From: an uncultured Gemmatimonadales bacterium
Lineage (GTDB): Bacteria; Gemmatimonadota; Gemmatimonadetes; Longimicrobiales; RSA9
NCBI GenBank assembly: GCA_963798845.1
Contig: CAWCUS010000003.1
Location: 96,001-160,000 of the forward strand
Direction of reading: 5' to 3'
DNA length: 64,000 nt
Shown one piece after another: positions 56,409 to 64,000 of this stretch. Below the pieces are notes generated by a model. That model made no database searches and was not told the origin of the DNA. It saw nothing but the letters and a program-made list of their open reading frames with translations. Each line of letters begins with the position of its first letter. Within the stretch, counting starts at the first letter, position 1. The translations under genes were made by a program, and so were the position numbers.

Positions 56409-57253
56409 TGCGCTTCCTCCCCGTCGGCCTGGACCTGCGCGACCGGCCCTGCGTGGTGGTGGGCGGCGGCGCCGTGGGGACGCGCAAGGCGCGCACCCTG
56501 GCCCGGGTGGGTGCCCGTGTCACCATCGTCTCTCCGGAGATCGGCGAGGAGCTGGCGGGCGACGTGAAAGCCGGGCGGATCCGCTGGCTACGCGAGCCGT
56601 TCCGCCCCGAGCACCTCGAAGGCGCGCGCGTGGCGGTGCTGGCGACGGACGACGCGGCGCTGAACGCGCGCGCGGCACGGGAGGCGTCGGCCCGGGGGAT
56701 CCTGGCGTGCGATGCCTCCTCGGCCGACGGAACGGAGCTGATCTTCGGCGCGCTCGTGGAGCACGATGGCGTCACTCTGGGCGCGTTCACGGACGGGCGC
56801 GATCCCGCCCGGGCGAGGCGGATCCGGGACGCCGTGGCGCTCTGGCTGGGCGCGCCGCGGCCGAACGGCTCGCCATCCGCGCCCACCGACGCACTGCTGG
56901 TGCTGGCGGCGCACGGTAGCCGGGACCCCGCGTGGGGCCGACCCCTGGAAGCGCTGGCGGAGGCGCTGCGCAAGCGCACCGGCGACCAGCGCGTGCGCCT
57001 CGCATACGTGCAGTTCGCATCCCCTTCCCTGGAGGACGTGGTGGCGGACGCCGCCCGCTCCGGCATCCGGCGCGTCCGCGTGCTGCCGCTGTTCATGACG
57101 GCGGAAGGGCACGTGGAGCGCGACATCCGACCGGCGGTGGATGCGCTCCGCCGGATCCATGCAGAGATCGAGGTGACGCTGCTCCCACCCGTGGGACAGC
57201 TCCCTTCGTTTGAACGGCTTCTGGCCGATATCGCTTTGGAGGCAACCCGATGA
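56408..57253 (+). CDS. Precorrin-2 dehydrogenase (SirC/CysG-N) fused to a CbiX/SirB-type chelatase
   Basis: VVGGGAVGTRK and ATDD..LN, then AHGSRDP and PLFM..GHVERDI. Confidence 0.85.
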   Translation: MRFLPVGLDLRDRPCVVVGGGAVGTRKARTLARVGARVTIVSPEIGEELAGDVKAGRIRWLREPFRPEHLEGARVAVLATDDAALNARAAREASARGILACDASSADGTELIFGALVEHDGVTLGAFTDGRDPARARRIRDAVALWLGAPRPNGSPSAPTDALLVLAAHGSRDPAWGRPLEALAEALRKRTGDQRVRLAYVQFASPSLEDVVADAARSGIRRVRVLPLFMTAEGHVERDIRPAVDALRRIHAEIEVTLLPPVGQLPSFERLLADIALEATR

Positions 57254-57287
57254 GTCCTGTCCTCGACCCCCGGCTCCGGAGGAACGC

Positions 57288-58844
57288 ATGATCACCCCGG
57301 CGCGCCCGAAACCCGGAACGGTGTACCTCGTCGGAGCGGGCCCGGGGCATCCAGGGCTGCTCACGCTGCGAGCGGTGGAGTGCCTGAAGAAGGCCGACCT
57401 GGTCATGTACGACTATCTGGCCAACGCCTCCCTGGTGGAGCACGCCAGGCCGGACGCGGAGCTGATGCGGCTCGGCCACCACAACGGCGGTCCCCGCCTC
57501 TCCCCCGCCGAGATCATCGCGCTCATGGTGAAGGAAGCGGCCGCGGGGAAGTGCGTGGTGCGGCTGAAGGGAGGCGACCCGAGCATTTTCGCCCGGGGCG
57601 GCGACGAGGCGACGGCATTGCGCGAGGCCGGCCTTCCCTTCGAGATCGTCCCCGGCATCACCTCCGGGCTGGCGCTGGCGGCGTTCGCCGAGATCCCGCT
57701 CACGCACTTCGAGGACGCATCGGCCGTGGCGCTGGTGACCGGACGGGAGCGGGATGCCAAGCTGGCCAACGACGACTGTCACCTCGACTACGCCGGGCTG
57801 GCCGCTTTCCCGGGCACGCTCGTGTTCTACATGGCGGTAAAGGGGACGCAGTCGTGGAGCAGTGCGCTGATGGCCGAGGGGAAGTCACCGGACACGCCAG
57901 TGGCGATCGTGCGCTGGTGCAGCAGGGCCTGGCAACAGACCGTGCGCTGCACGCTGGGCACCGTGGCGGAGGTGGTGGAAAGCACGGGACTCCGTCCACC
58001 CGCGCTGTTCGTCGTGGGGAAGGTGGTGGCGCGCACGCCTCGCCTGAGCTGGTTCGAGTCGCGCCCGCTGTTCGGCTCGACGGTCCTGGTGGCGGGGTCC
58101 GCCAGCACGGCGGGCCGCCTGCGCGAGCGGCTGGCGGAGGCGGGAGCGGAGGTGATCACGCAGCCGGCGATCCGGATCACGCCACCTGAGACATGGGTGC
58201 CGGTGGACGACACACTGGGGCGCATCGCGACGTACGACTGGCTGGTGCTCTCGACGCCCAACGCCGTGGACTCGCTCCTCGACCACATCGACGCGCGGGG
58301 CGGCGACGCGCGCTGGCTGGGCGGAGTGAAGATCGTGGCGCTGGGCTCGGGGACGGTCGATCGCCTCACGGCGCACCGGCTGAAGCCGGACCTGACCCCC
58401 GAAGGCTACCGCCCCGCCATCCTGGCCCGCACGCTGACTCAAACCGGCGCGGGGCGCGTCCTTCTGGCCCGCTCGCACGGCGAGCGACCGATCTTGGCGG
58501 CCGAGCTCGAGAAAGCGGGTGCGACGGTGGGTGAGATCGTCGTCTACGGGACGGCGGAAGTGCTGGAGCCGGACCCGGACGTCGCGATGTCGCTGGTGGA
58601 GGAGGAGATCGACTGGGTGGCCGTGACCAGCCCGGCCACCGCCCGATCGCTGGACCGTTTGTACGGGAGCGCCCTGCGCACTGCGCGCATCGCCTCCATC
58701 AGCCCGCTCACGTCGGCAGCGCTGCGCGAGCTCGGGCTGGAGCCGGACGTGGAAGCCGCCCCGGCCACGGTGGCCGGGCTCGTGGACGCCATAGCCGCGG
58801 CGGTCCCCCGCCTTGCCGTGGCCGAGACCGCGGGAGTTCCGTAA
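57288..58844 (+). CDS. cobA: Uroporphyrinogen-III C-methyltransferase/synthase fusion (CobA-HemD)
   Basis: VYLVGAGPG, RLKGGDP and VPGITS. HemD motifs LSTPNAV, VTSPAT and SISPLTS. Confidence 0.92.
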   Translation: MITPARPKPGTVYLVGAGPGHPGLLTLRAVECLKKADLVMYDYLANASLVEHARPDAELMRLGHHNGGPRLSPAEIIALMVKEAAAGKCVVRLKGGDPSIFARGGDEATALREAGLPFEIVPGITSGLALAAFAEIPLTHFEDASAVALVTGRERDAKLANDDCHLDYAGLAAFPGTLVFYMAVKGTQSWSSALMAEGKSPDTPVAIVRWCSRAWQQTVRCTLGTVAEVVESTGLRPPALFVVGKVVARTPRLSWFESRPLFGSTVLVAGSASTAGRLRERLAEAGAEVITQPAIRITPPETWVPVDDTLGRIATYDWLVLSTPNAVDSLLDHIDARGGDARWLGGVKIVALGSGTVDRLTAHRLKPDLTPEGYRPAILARTLTQTGAGRVLLARSHGERPILAAELEKAGATVGEIVVYGTAEVLEPDPDVAMSLVEEEIDWVAVTSPATARSLDRLYGSALRTARIASISPLTSAALRELGLEPDVEAAPATVAGLVDAIAAAVPRLAVAETAGVP

Positions 58845-60457
58845 TGCAGATCGTCTGCGTATCCAGGGGCTCGCTGTCAGCGGGCCGGGAGCTGGCCGAC
58901 AATCTCGCCGCCAAGCTCGGCTACCCGGTTCTGAGCCGGGAGAAGCTGATCGAGGAGGCGACGCACGAGGGCATCCAGGTGGGGAAGCTCGAGACCGCCA
59001 TGATGAACCCGCGTGCGTTCACCGAGCGGCTCGCGAGGGAGCGGGATCACTATCTCGCCTTCTGCACGTCGTACCTGTGCGACCGCCTGGAGGAAGGGCC
59101 GCTGGTCTACCATGGCCGGACGGGTCACCTCCTGCTGAGAGGGATCAGCCACGTGCTGCGGGTGCGGGTCGTGGCGGACGAGGAATACCGGATCGCGAGC
59201 GTGATGCGCGAGCTCGGGCTGGAGCGGGAGAAGGCCCGGGCGTACCTGAAGGCGGTGGAAGAGGACCGTCGCAACTGGACGCGTGCGATGTACGGCGCCT
59301 CTTCCGAGGAGGCGGAGCAGTACGACGTGGTGGTGAACATCGAGCGCATGAGCGTGGGGAACGCCGCTGCGTCGCTGGTGGACATGTGCCAGCTCCCGGA
59401 CTTCCAGGCGACGCCGGCATCCCGCCGGGCGATGGAGGACCTGCGGGTCTCGGCACGAGCCCGTCTGCTCCTGGCCCGCGACCCGCGCACCAACCGCTTC
59501 GGCTTCTCGGTCGGCACGCACGACGGCGTCCTGACCGTCACCTTCCTTCCGCACGACGCCGAGGTCGCCCCTCACATCGAGCCCGTGCTCCAGCCGCTGG
59601 CGGGCGTGGACGAGATCCGGGCGACCATGGCTGCCACGACCATCCTGTGGGTGCAGGAGGCGTTCGATCCGGCCTCCGACACCTTCAGGGACGTGGTGGA
59701 GATCGCGGGCAAGTGGAACGCGGCCGTCGAGCTGGTTCGCTACACGGCCGACGCCGCGGGGCGAGGAGGCCACGGCCCGGGAGCCGCCGCACCGGTGCGG
59801 GAAGCCGTGGCGGCGGGCGGGGTGGTGGACTCTGCGGCCACGGCCGCAACCGCGGCGGGAGCGGGCGGCGCGGGAGCGGCGACGATCGTCGCGCCGCCGA
59901 TCATCGCGGCAGCCCCCGGCGGAATCGAGGAGGACGTGGACGAAGAGCCCGCCGTGGACGAAGGGCTCAAGGCCACGTTGGACGCGCTGGCGCGGCTCGG
60001 TCGCGCGGGCGGTGCCCGCCACGTCCGCGGCTCCCGGGGAAGCCTGATCGCGTCGTGCTGCGGAGGGGTTCCGCACTCGATGGTGGTGCTGGGCGAGCTG
60101 TTCCTGGGCAGCCCGCACGCCGCGAGGCTGCGGCTGACGCGCGAGCTGCGCGGCTCCATCTCGGACCGGGTCAAGGTGCCGGTCGTGACGACGGACGAGC
60201 TGCGCACGCAGTACCTGTTCGGTCACCGTGACCTGTTCCGGCTCCTGGGGTGGGTCGCAGTCGTGCTCGCGCTTTACGTGGTGGCCTTCACCCACCAGCC
60301 GGCCATGCTCCGCTTCCTGGCGAGCGGGGGCGACGCGCTCAGCGGGACCGTGGGAAGGCTGCTGGTCTCAGCGGCCGTGTTCGTGTTCGTGCCCATCGTC
60401 GCCTTCTCCTACGGGACGGTGGCGCGGCTGCTCATGAAGCTGATCCGGATGGAGTAG
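58844..60457 (+). CDS. Multidomain cytidylate-kinase-like / BON-like / USP-like protein with two C-terminal TM helices
   Basis: VSRGSLSAG, VYHG and YDVVVN. DGVLTV..GVDEI. USP-like ILW...AVELV...MVVLG...VPVVT. Two hydrophobic helices at the C terminus. Confidence 0.75.
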   Translation: MQIVCVSRGSLSAGRELADNLAAKLGYPVLSREKLIEEATHEGIQVGKLETAMMNPRAFTERLARERDHYLAFCTSYLCDRLEEGPLVYHGRTGHLLLRGISHVLRVRVVADEEYRIASVMRELGLEREKARAYLKAVEEDRRNWTRAMYGASSEEAEQYDVVVNIERMSVGNAAASLVDMCQLPDFQATPASRRAMEDLRVSARARLLLARDPRTNRFGFSVGTHDGVLTVTFLPHDAEVAPHIEPVLQPLAGVDEIRATMAATTILWVQEAFDPASDTFRDVVEIAGKWNAAVELVRYTADAAGRGGHGPGAAAPVREAVAAGGVVDSAATAATAAGAGGAGAATIVAPPIIAAAPGGIEEDVDEEPAVDEGLKATLDALARLGRAGGARHVRGSRGSLIASCCGGVPHSMVVLGELFLGSPHAARLRLTRELRGSISDRVKVPVVTTDELRTQYLFGHRDLFRLLGWVAVVLALYVVAFTHQPAMLRFLASGGDALSGTVGRLLVSAAVFVFVPIVAFSYGTVARLLMKLIRME

Positions 60458-60461
60458 CGAA

Positions 60462-61562
60462 ATGGATCCAACCCTTCTGTTCCAGCACTTCGTGACCATC
60501 GATGCAGGCATAGCGGTGAAGGTGGTGCTGCTGGGCTTCATCGGCGGCATCCTGTCCGGCTTCATCGGAAGCGGCGGCGCCTTCTTCATGACGCCCGGGA
60601 TGATGAACCTGGGCGTGCCCGGCGTGGTTGCGGTGGGCAGCAACATCACGCACAAGTTCGGCAAGGCGATGGTGGGCTCGCGCAAGCACAGCGAGCTCGG
60701 GAACGTCGACAAGCGACTGGGCGTGTACCTGATCCTGACATCCTTCATCGGCATCCGCATCGCCGTGTGGATCAACAGCGCGCTGTTCGGAGCCGGCGGA
60801 GACGGACACGGCGCCGGCGGCTCGGCGGCGGCCGACCTGTACATCAGCGCGGTCTTCATCTTCATTCTCTCGCTGGTGGCCGTCTCAATGCTCCGGGACG
60901 TGCTCCGCCCGACCGGGAAGGGTGAGGACGAGGGCGGCCCGTCGCAGCGCATCGCGAACTTCATCGGCTCTCTCAAGCTCCCGCCCTACGCCTCGTTCGA
61001 GGTTGCGGACGTGAAGGTCTCGATCTGGGTGCTGGCGGTGGTGGGCCTGGCAACGGGGTACCTGGCCGGGACCATCGGGGTGGGCGGCTTCATCGGCGTT
61101 CCGTGCATGATCTACGTCTTCGGCGTGCCGACCGCCGTGGCTGCGGGGACCGAGCTGTACCTGGCCATGTTCATGGGCGGGTGGGGCGCCCTCAACTACG
61201 CGTTCGAAGGTTTCGTCGATCTGCGCCTGACCATGCTCCTCTACCTGGGCTCCCTCCTGGGCATCTACGTGGGGGTGTACGGGACGAAGGTGGTGAAGGA
61301 GCAACTGATCCGGCTGGTGACCGGCGTCGTGATCCTGCTGTGCGTCGTTAGCCGCGCGGTGGCAGCGCCGGCCTACATGCGCCAGCTGGGCTGGATCCAG
61401 CTCGATCCCGCATGGGACGCCCATTTCAACATGGCGAGCGAGGTGATGCTGTTCGCGGCCGGGATCTCCGGCTCCGGGCTGATCCTCTACCACGTGGTCC
61501 GGTCGTACCGGCAGAGGCTGCGGGTCCAGAAGCGTCTGGTGGAAGCGAGACTCGCGGGATGA
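60462..61562 (+). CDS. TauE/SafE family transporter
   Basis: SGFIGSGGAFFMTP, HKFGKAMVG, GTIGVGGFIGVP and AAGTEL. Confidence 0.88.
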   Translation: MDPTLLFQHFVTIDAGIAVKVVLLGFIGGILSGFIGSGGAFFMTPGMMNLGVPGVVAVGSNITHKFGKAMVGSRKHSELGNVDKRLGVYLILTSFIGIRIAVWINSALFGAGGDGHGAGGSAAADLYISAVFIFILSLVAVSMLRDVLRPTGKGEDEGGPSQRIANFIGSLKLPPYASFEVADVKVSIWVLAVVGLATGYLAGTIGVGGFIGVPCMIYVFGVPTAVAAGTELYLAMFMGGWGALNYAFEGFVDLRLTMLLYLGSLLGIYVGVYGTKVVKEQLIRLVTGVVILLCVVSRAVAAPAYMRQLGWIQLDPAWDAHFNMASEVMLFAAGISGSGLILYHVVRSYRQRLRVQKRLVEARLAG

Positions 61563-61626
61563 GCCCCGGGCGCGTGAAACCCGGCTCGCGGCGAGGCAAG
61601 GGCGGTCGGCGGACAAGGAGGGCCGA

Positions 61627-62232
61627 ATGGCGGACATGAAGAAGAAGATCGAGGACTGGATGGTCCGGGTCTCGTTCGCGGAAGCCAATGCGGACGAGGA
61701 AGGATTTCGGGTCACGGGGGAGCCGGTGGACCGGAAAACGACCCTGGCGCTGGACCGGATCCGCATGGTGCGGAACGAGCGGGCGTCTGAGCGCGGCACG
61801 GAGGATGACATGGCCGAGACGGGCGAGACATTCGCGGGGCTTCCCGGAGGCGACCTGAGCGTCATGGTGATCGATGACGAGCCGATCGTCGGGAAGCGGC
61901 TGAAGCCCGCGCTGGAGAAGGCGGGATTCACCGTGGAGTGCTACGAACACCCGGCCGCGGCGGTGTCCAGGCTGGCGGAGAAGGAGTTCGATATCGTCGT
62001 GACAGACCTCCGGATGGAGGGGATGGACGGTATCGAGATACTCGAGCACGTGATGGCGCACTGCGAGCACACGCGCGTGATCCTGATCACCGGCTACGCC
62101 ACGGTGGAAGTGGCGCGGGAAGCGCTGGTGAAGGGAGCGTTCGACTTCATTTCGAAGCCGTTCAAGCCCCGGGACCTGCGGGCGGTGATCAACAAGGCGG
62201 CGCTTTCACTCGGATACCAGGGGATCATCTAG
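61627..62232 (+). CDS. Receiver-domain protein with N-terminal extension
   Basis: IDDE, VTDLRM, LITGY and ISKPF. In-frame internal RBS and ATG at 61810. Confidence 0.88.
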   Translation: MADMKKKIEDWMVRVSFAEANADEEGFRVTGEPVDRKTTLALDRIRMVRNERASERGTEDDMAETGETFAGLPGGDLSVMVIDDEPIVGKRLKPALEKAGFTVECYEHPAAAVSRLAEKEFDIVVTDLRMEGMDGIEILEHVMAHCEHTRVILITGYATVEVAREALVKGAFDFISKPFKPRDLRAVINKAALSLGYQGII

Positions 62233-62241
62233 GAGGCCACC

Positions 62242-63786
62242 GTGCCTTCGTCAAATCCGGGTGCCGAGGGCGCCTCTCCGCTGGACGCGATGGCGGACGA
62301 GGCGCAGCGCGCGTTCCAGGCGAGGCGGAGCCTGTCGATCCGCACGCGTCTCACGCTCGGGCTGCTGCTGTGGCTGGCCCTGAGCCTCGGCGTGACCGTG
62401 GTGTCGATCCTCATCCTCGGGCGGGTCCAGACCAAGCTCGACTCCGTGGGCGCGGTCGAGCGGTACGCGTTCGAGATCCAGCAGGCCAGGCGCTTCGAGA
62501 AGAACTACTTCCTCTACGGCACGAACCTCCCGGATGCGCTGGACGGCGTGCACACGGCGGGCGGGCTGCTGGAGCGGGAGCGTGGGAGCATCGCGTCGGT
62601 GCTCGGGCAGGCGGCGCTGGACACCATGCGTCTGCACGTGCAGCGCTACGAGGAGCTGCTGGCGCGGCTGCCGGCGCTGCGGGCGGAAGCGGACGCGCGG
62701 CGGCTCGCGACGATCGAGGCGGAGCTTCGGGTGCACGGCGCCGAGATGGTGCTCATGTCGGAGGAGCTGTCGACGCGTGAGCGGCGCAGTGTCGAGTCGC
62801 TGCTGGTGACGTCCCAGCGGATGGCGGTGGCGTTCCTGGTGCTCCTCCTCTTCGTGATCGGGCTGTTCGGCGTGTTCGTGGTGCGCCAGATCCTGGCGCC
62901 GCTCGACCGGATCATGCGCGCGACGCGCCGGATCGCAGAAGGCGACCTCACGCCGATCACTCCCCGGCGGCGCTACCACGACGAGTTCAGCGAGCTGGCC
63001 GGAGCGATCAACTACATGATGAGCGAGCTGGTGCGGCGGCAGCAGCTGCTGGTGCAGACGCACAAGCTGCAGGCCATCGGGACGCTGACGGCAGGGGTGG
63101 CGCACGAGCTGAACAACCCGATCAACAACATCATGCTCACGGCCGACAGCCTGCAGGAGGACTACCAGGAGCTGACGGACGGGGATCGGCTGGACATGGT
63201 GGCCGATCTGGTGCACGAGTCGGAGCGCGCGCGCGGCATCGTCCGCAATCTCCTCGACTTCGCACGTCAGACGGAGACGGAGCTGACGCCGCTGGACGTG
63301 GAGCAGATCGTGGGCGAGACGCTCCAGCTGGCGAGCAACCAGGTGAAGATCGCGAAGGTCAAGGTGCAGGGCGAGGTGGAGGAGAACGTGCCGCCGGTTT
63401 TCGGGGACCGGCAGCAGCTGATCCAGGTGTTCCTGAACCTGGTGCTCAATGCGCTCCACGCCATGCCGGGAGGTGGCATCCTCACGATTGGCGTGGAGAA
63501 GTCGGAGGACCGGAACTTCGTCGACATCTCGTTCGCGGACACGGGTACCGGGATCGCGTCGCAGCACCTTTCACGCATTTTCGACCCGTTCTTCAGCACG
63601 AAGAAGCAGGCGCGGGGCACGGGGCTCGGGTTGAGCGTGTCGCTGGGGATCATCAAGCAGCACGGCGGGGACATCCGGGTGAAGAGCGCGGAAGGCGAGG
63701 GGGCGGTCTTCACAGTCTCGCTCCCGGTAGCGCGGGTACCCGCGTCGATGGAGAGCGCGGAGGCGGCGCTGGCGGCGGAGACCTGA
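62242..63786 (+). CDS. Membrane sensor histidine kinase (paralogue of 10207..11742)
   Basis: GVAHELNNP, QVFLNLVLNA, DTGTGI and GTGLGL. Periplasmic EIQQARRFEKNYFLYGT. Confidence 0.92.
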   Translation: MPSSNPGAEGASPLDAMADEAQRAFQARRSLSIRTRLTLGLLLWLALSLGVTVVSILILGRVQTKLDSVGAVERYAFEIQQARRFEKNYFLYGTNLPDALDGVHTAGGLLERERGSIASVLGQAALDTMRLHVQRYEELLARLPALRAEADARRLATIEAELRVHGAEMVLMSEELSTRERRSVESLLVTSQRMAVAFLVLLLFVIGLFGVFVVRQILAPLDRIMRATRRIAEGDLTPITPRRRYHDEFSELAGAINYMMSELVRRQQLLVQTHKLQAIGTLTAGVAHELNNPINNIMLTADSLQEDYQELTDGDRLDMVADLVHESERARGIVRNLLDFARQTETELTPLDVEQIVGETLQLASNQVKIAKVKVQGEVEENVPPVFGDRQQLIQVFLNLVLNALHAMPGGGILTIGVEKSEDRNFVDISFADTGTGIASQHLSRIFDPFFSTKKQARGTGLGLSVSLGIIKQHGGDIRVKSAEGEGAVFTVSLPVARVPASMESAEAALAAET

Positions 63787-63873
63787 TGTTGGTGGGCGGG
63801 GGCGAGAGTCCGGGAAGGTTCCGGTCGCGAGACAGGGGCAATGATCTCCCTCCAGGAGGGGGACGGAGGTAGA

Positions 63874-64000
63874 ATGACGATCATGACCGAATCGACCGGC
63901 GCTTCGGCCGGCGCTCCGCCGGCGCCCGGCGTGTGTGCCCGCGGGCCGCAGGATGCCGCGTCCGCGGCGTTTTTGGGCCGGATCACGGCAGGCGCGACGC
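63874..64000 (+). CDS. 5' fragment of a probable further histidine kinase, running off the window
   Basis: GGAGG RBS. MTIMTES...FLGRITAGAT followed by C (possible His codon), which resembles the run-up to an H-box. Confidence 0.45.
   Translation, partial: MTIMTESTGASAGAPPAPGVCARGPQDAASAAFLGRITAGAT

Noticed and set aside
1..64000. CRISPR arrays, rRNA/tRNA genes, IS elements
   Set aside because: None recognised. Intergenic spaces are short and lack regularly spaced repeats.

Overview
High-GC bacterial DNA. The first ~8.6 kb carries heterotroph housekeeping genes: a metallophosphoesterase, an M16 peptidase pair, an ADOP-type duplicated ABC permease and two PAP2 phosphatases. This gene set suggests, by inference only, a Gemmatimonadota/Acidobacteriota-like host. 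From ~8.65 kb to the window end (at least 55 kb) lies one contiguous dissimilatory sulfur supercluster. It contains rex, aprBA, qmoABC (qmoC split by a 1-nt insertion), sat, dsrC-T-M-K-J-O-P-A-B-D-L-N and siroheme synthesis genes. It also holds a second DsrMK-like pair, a PAS-sigma54 activator, and an Hmc-like complex whose NrfD-type subunit is fused to a 6-CxxCH cytochrome. Around the core sits an uncharacterised transport and signalling apparatus: three TauE/SafE and one YeiH-type transporter, paralogous histidine kinases, five receiver domains with no DNA-binding output, a PEP-synthase-like ATP-grasp/phospho-His protein fused to a receiver domain, and four cytidylate-kinase-like P-loop paralogues lacking the Walker A lysine. 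Six TCGTG-N8-CACGA (Rex-type) palindromes (four exact, two imperfect) sit at the promoters of these units and suggest one redox regulon. I saw no rRNA, tRNA, CRISPR or mobile-element genes. All calls come from motif recognition by eye; no database search was run.
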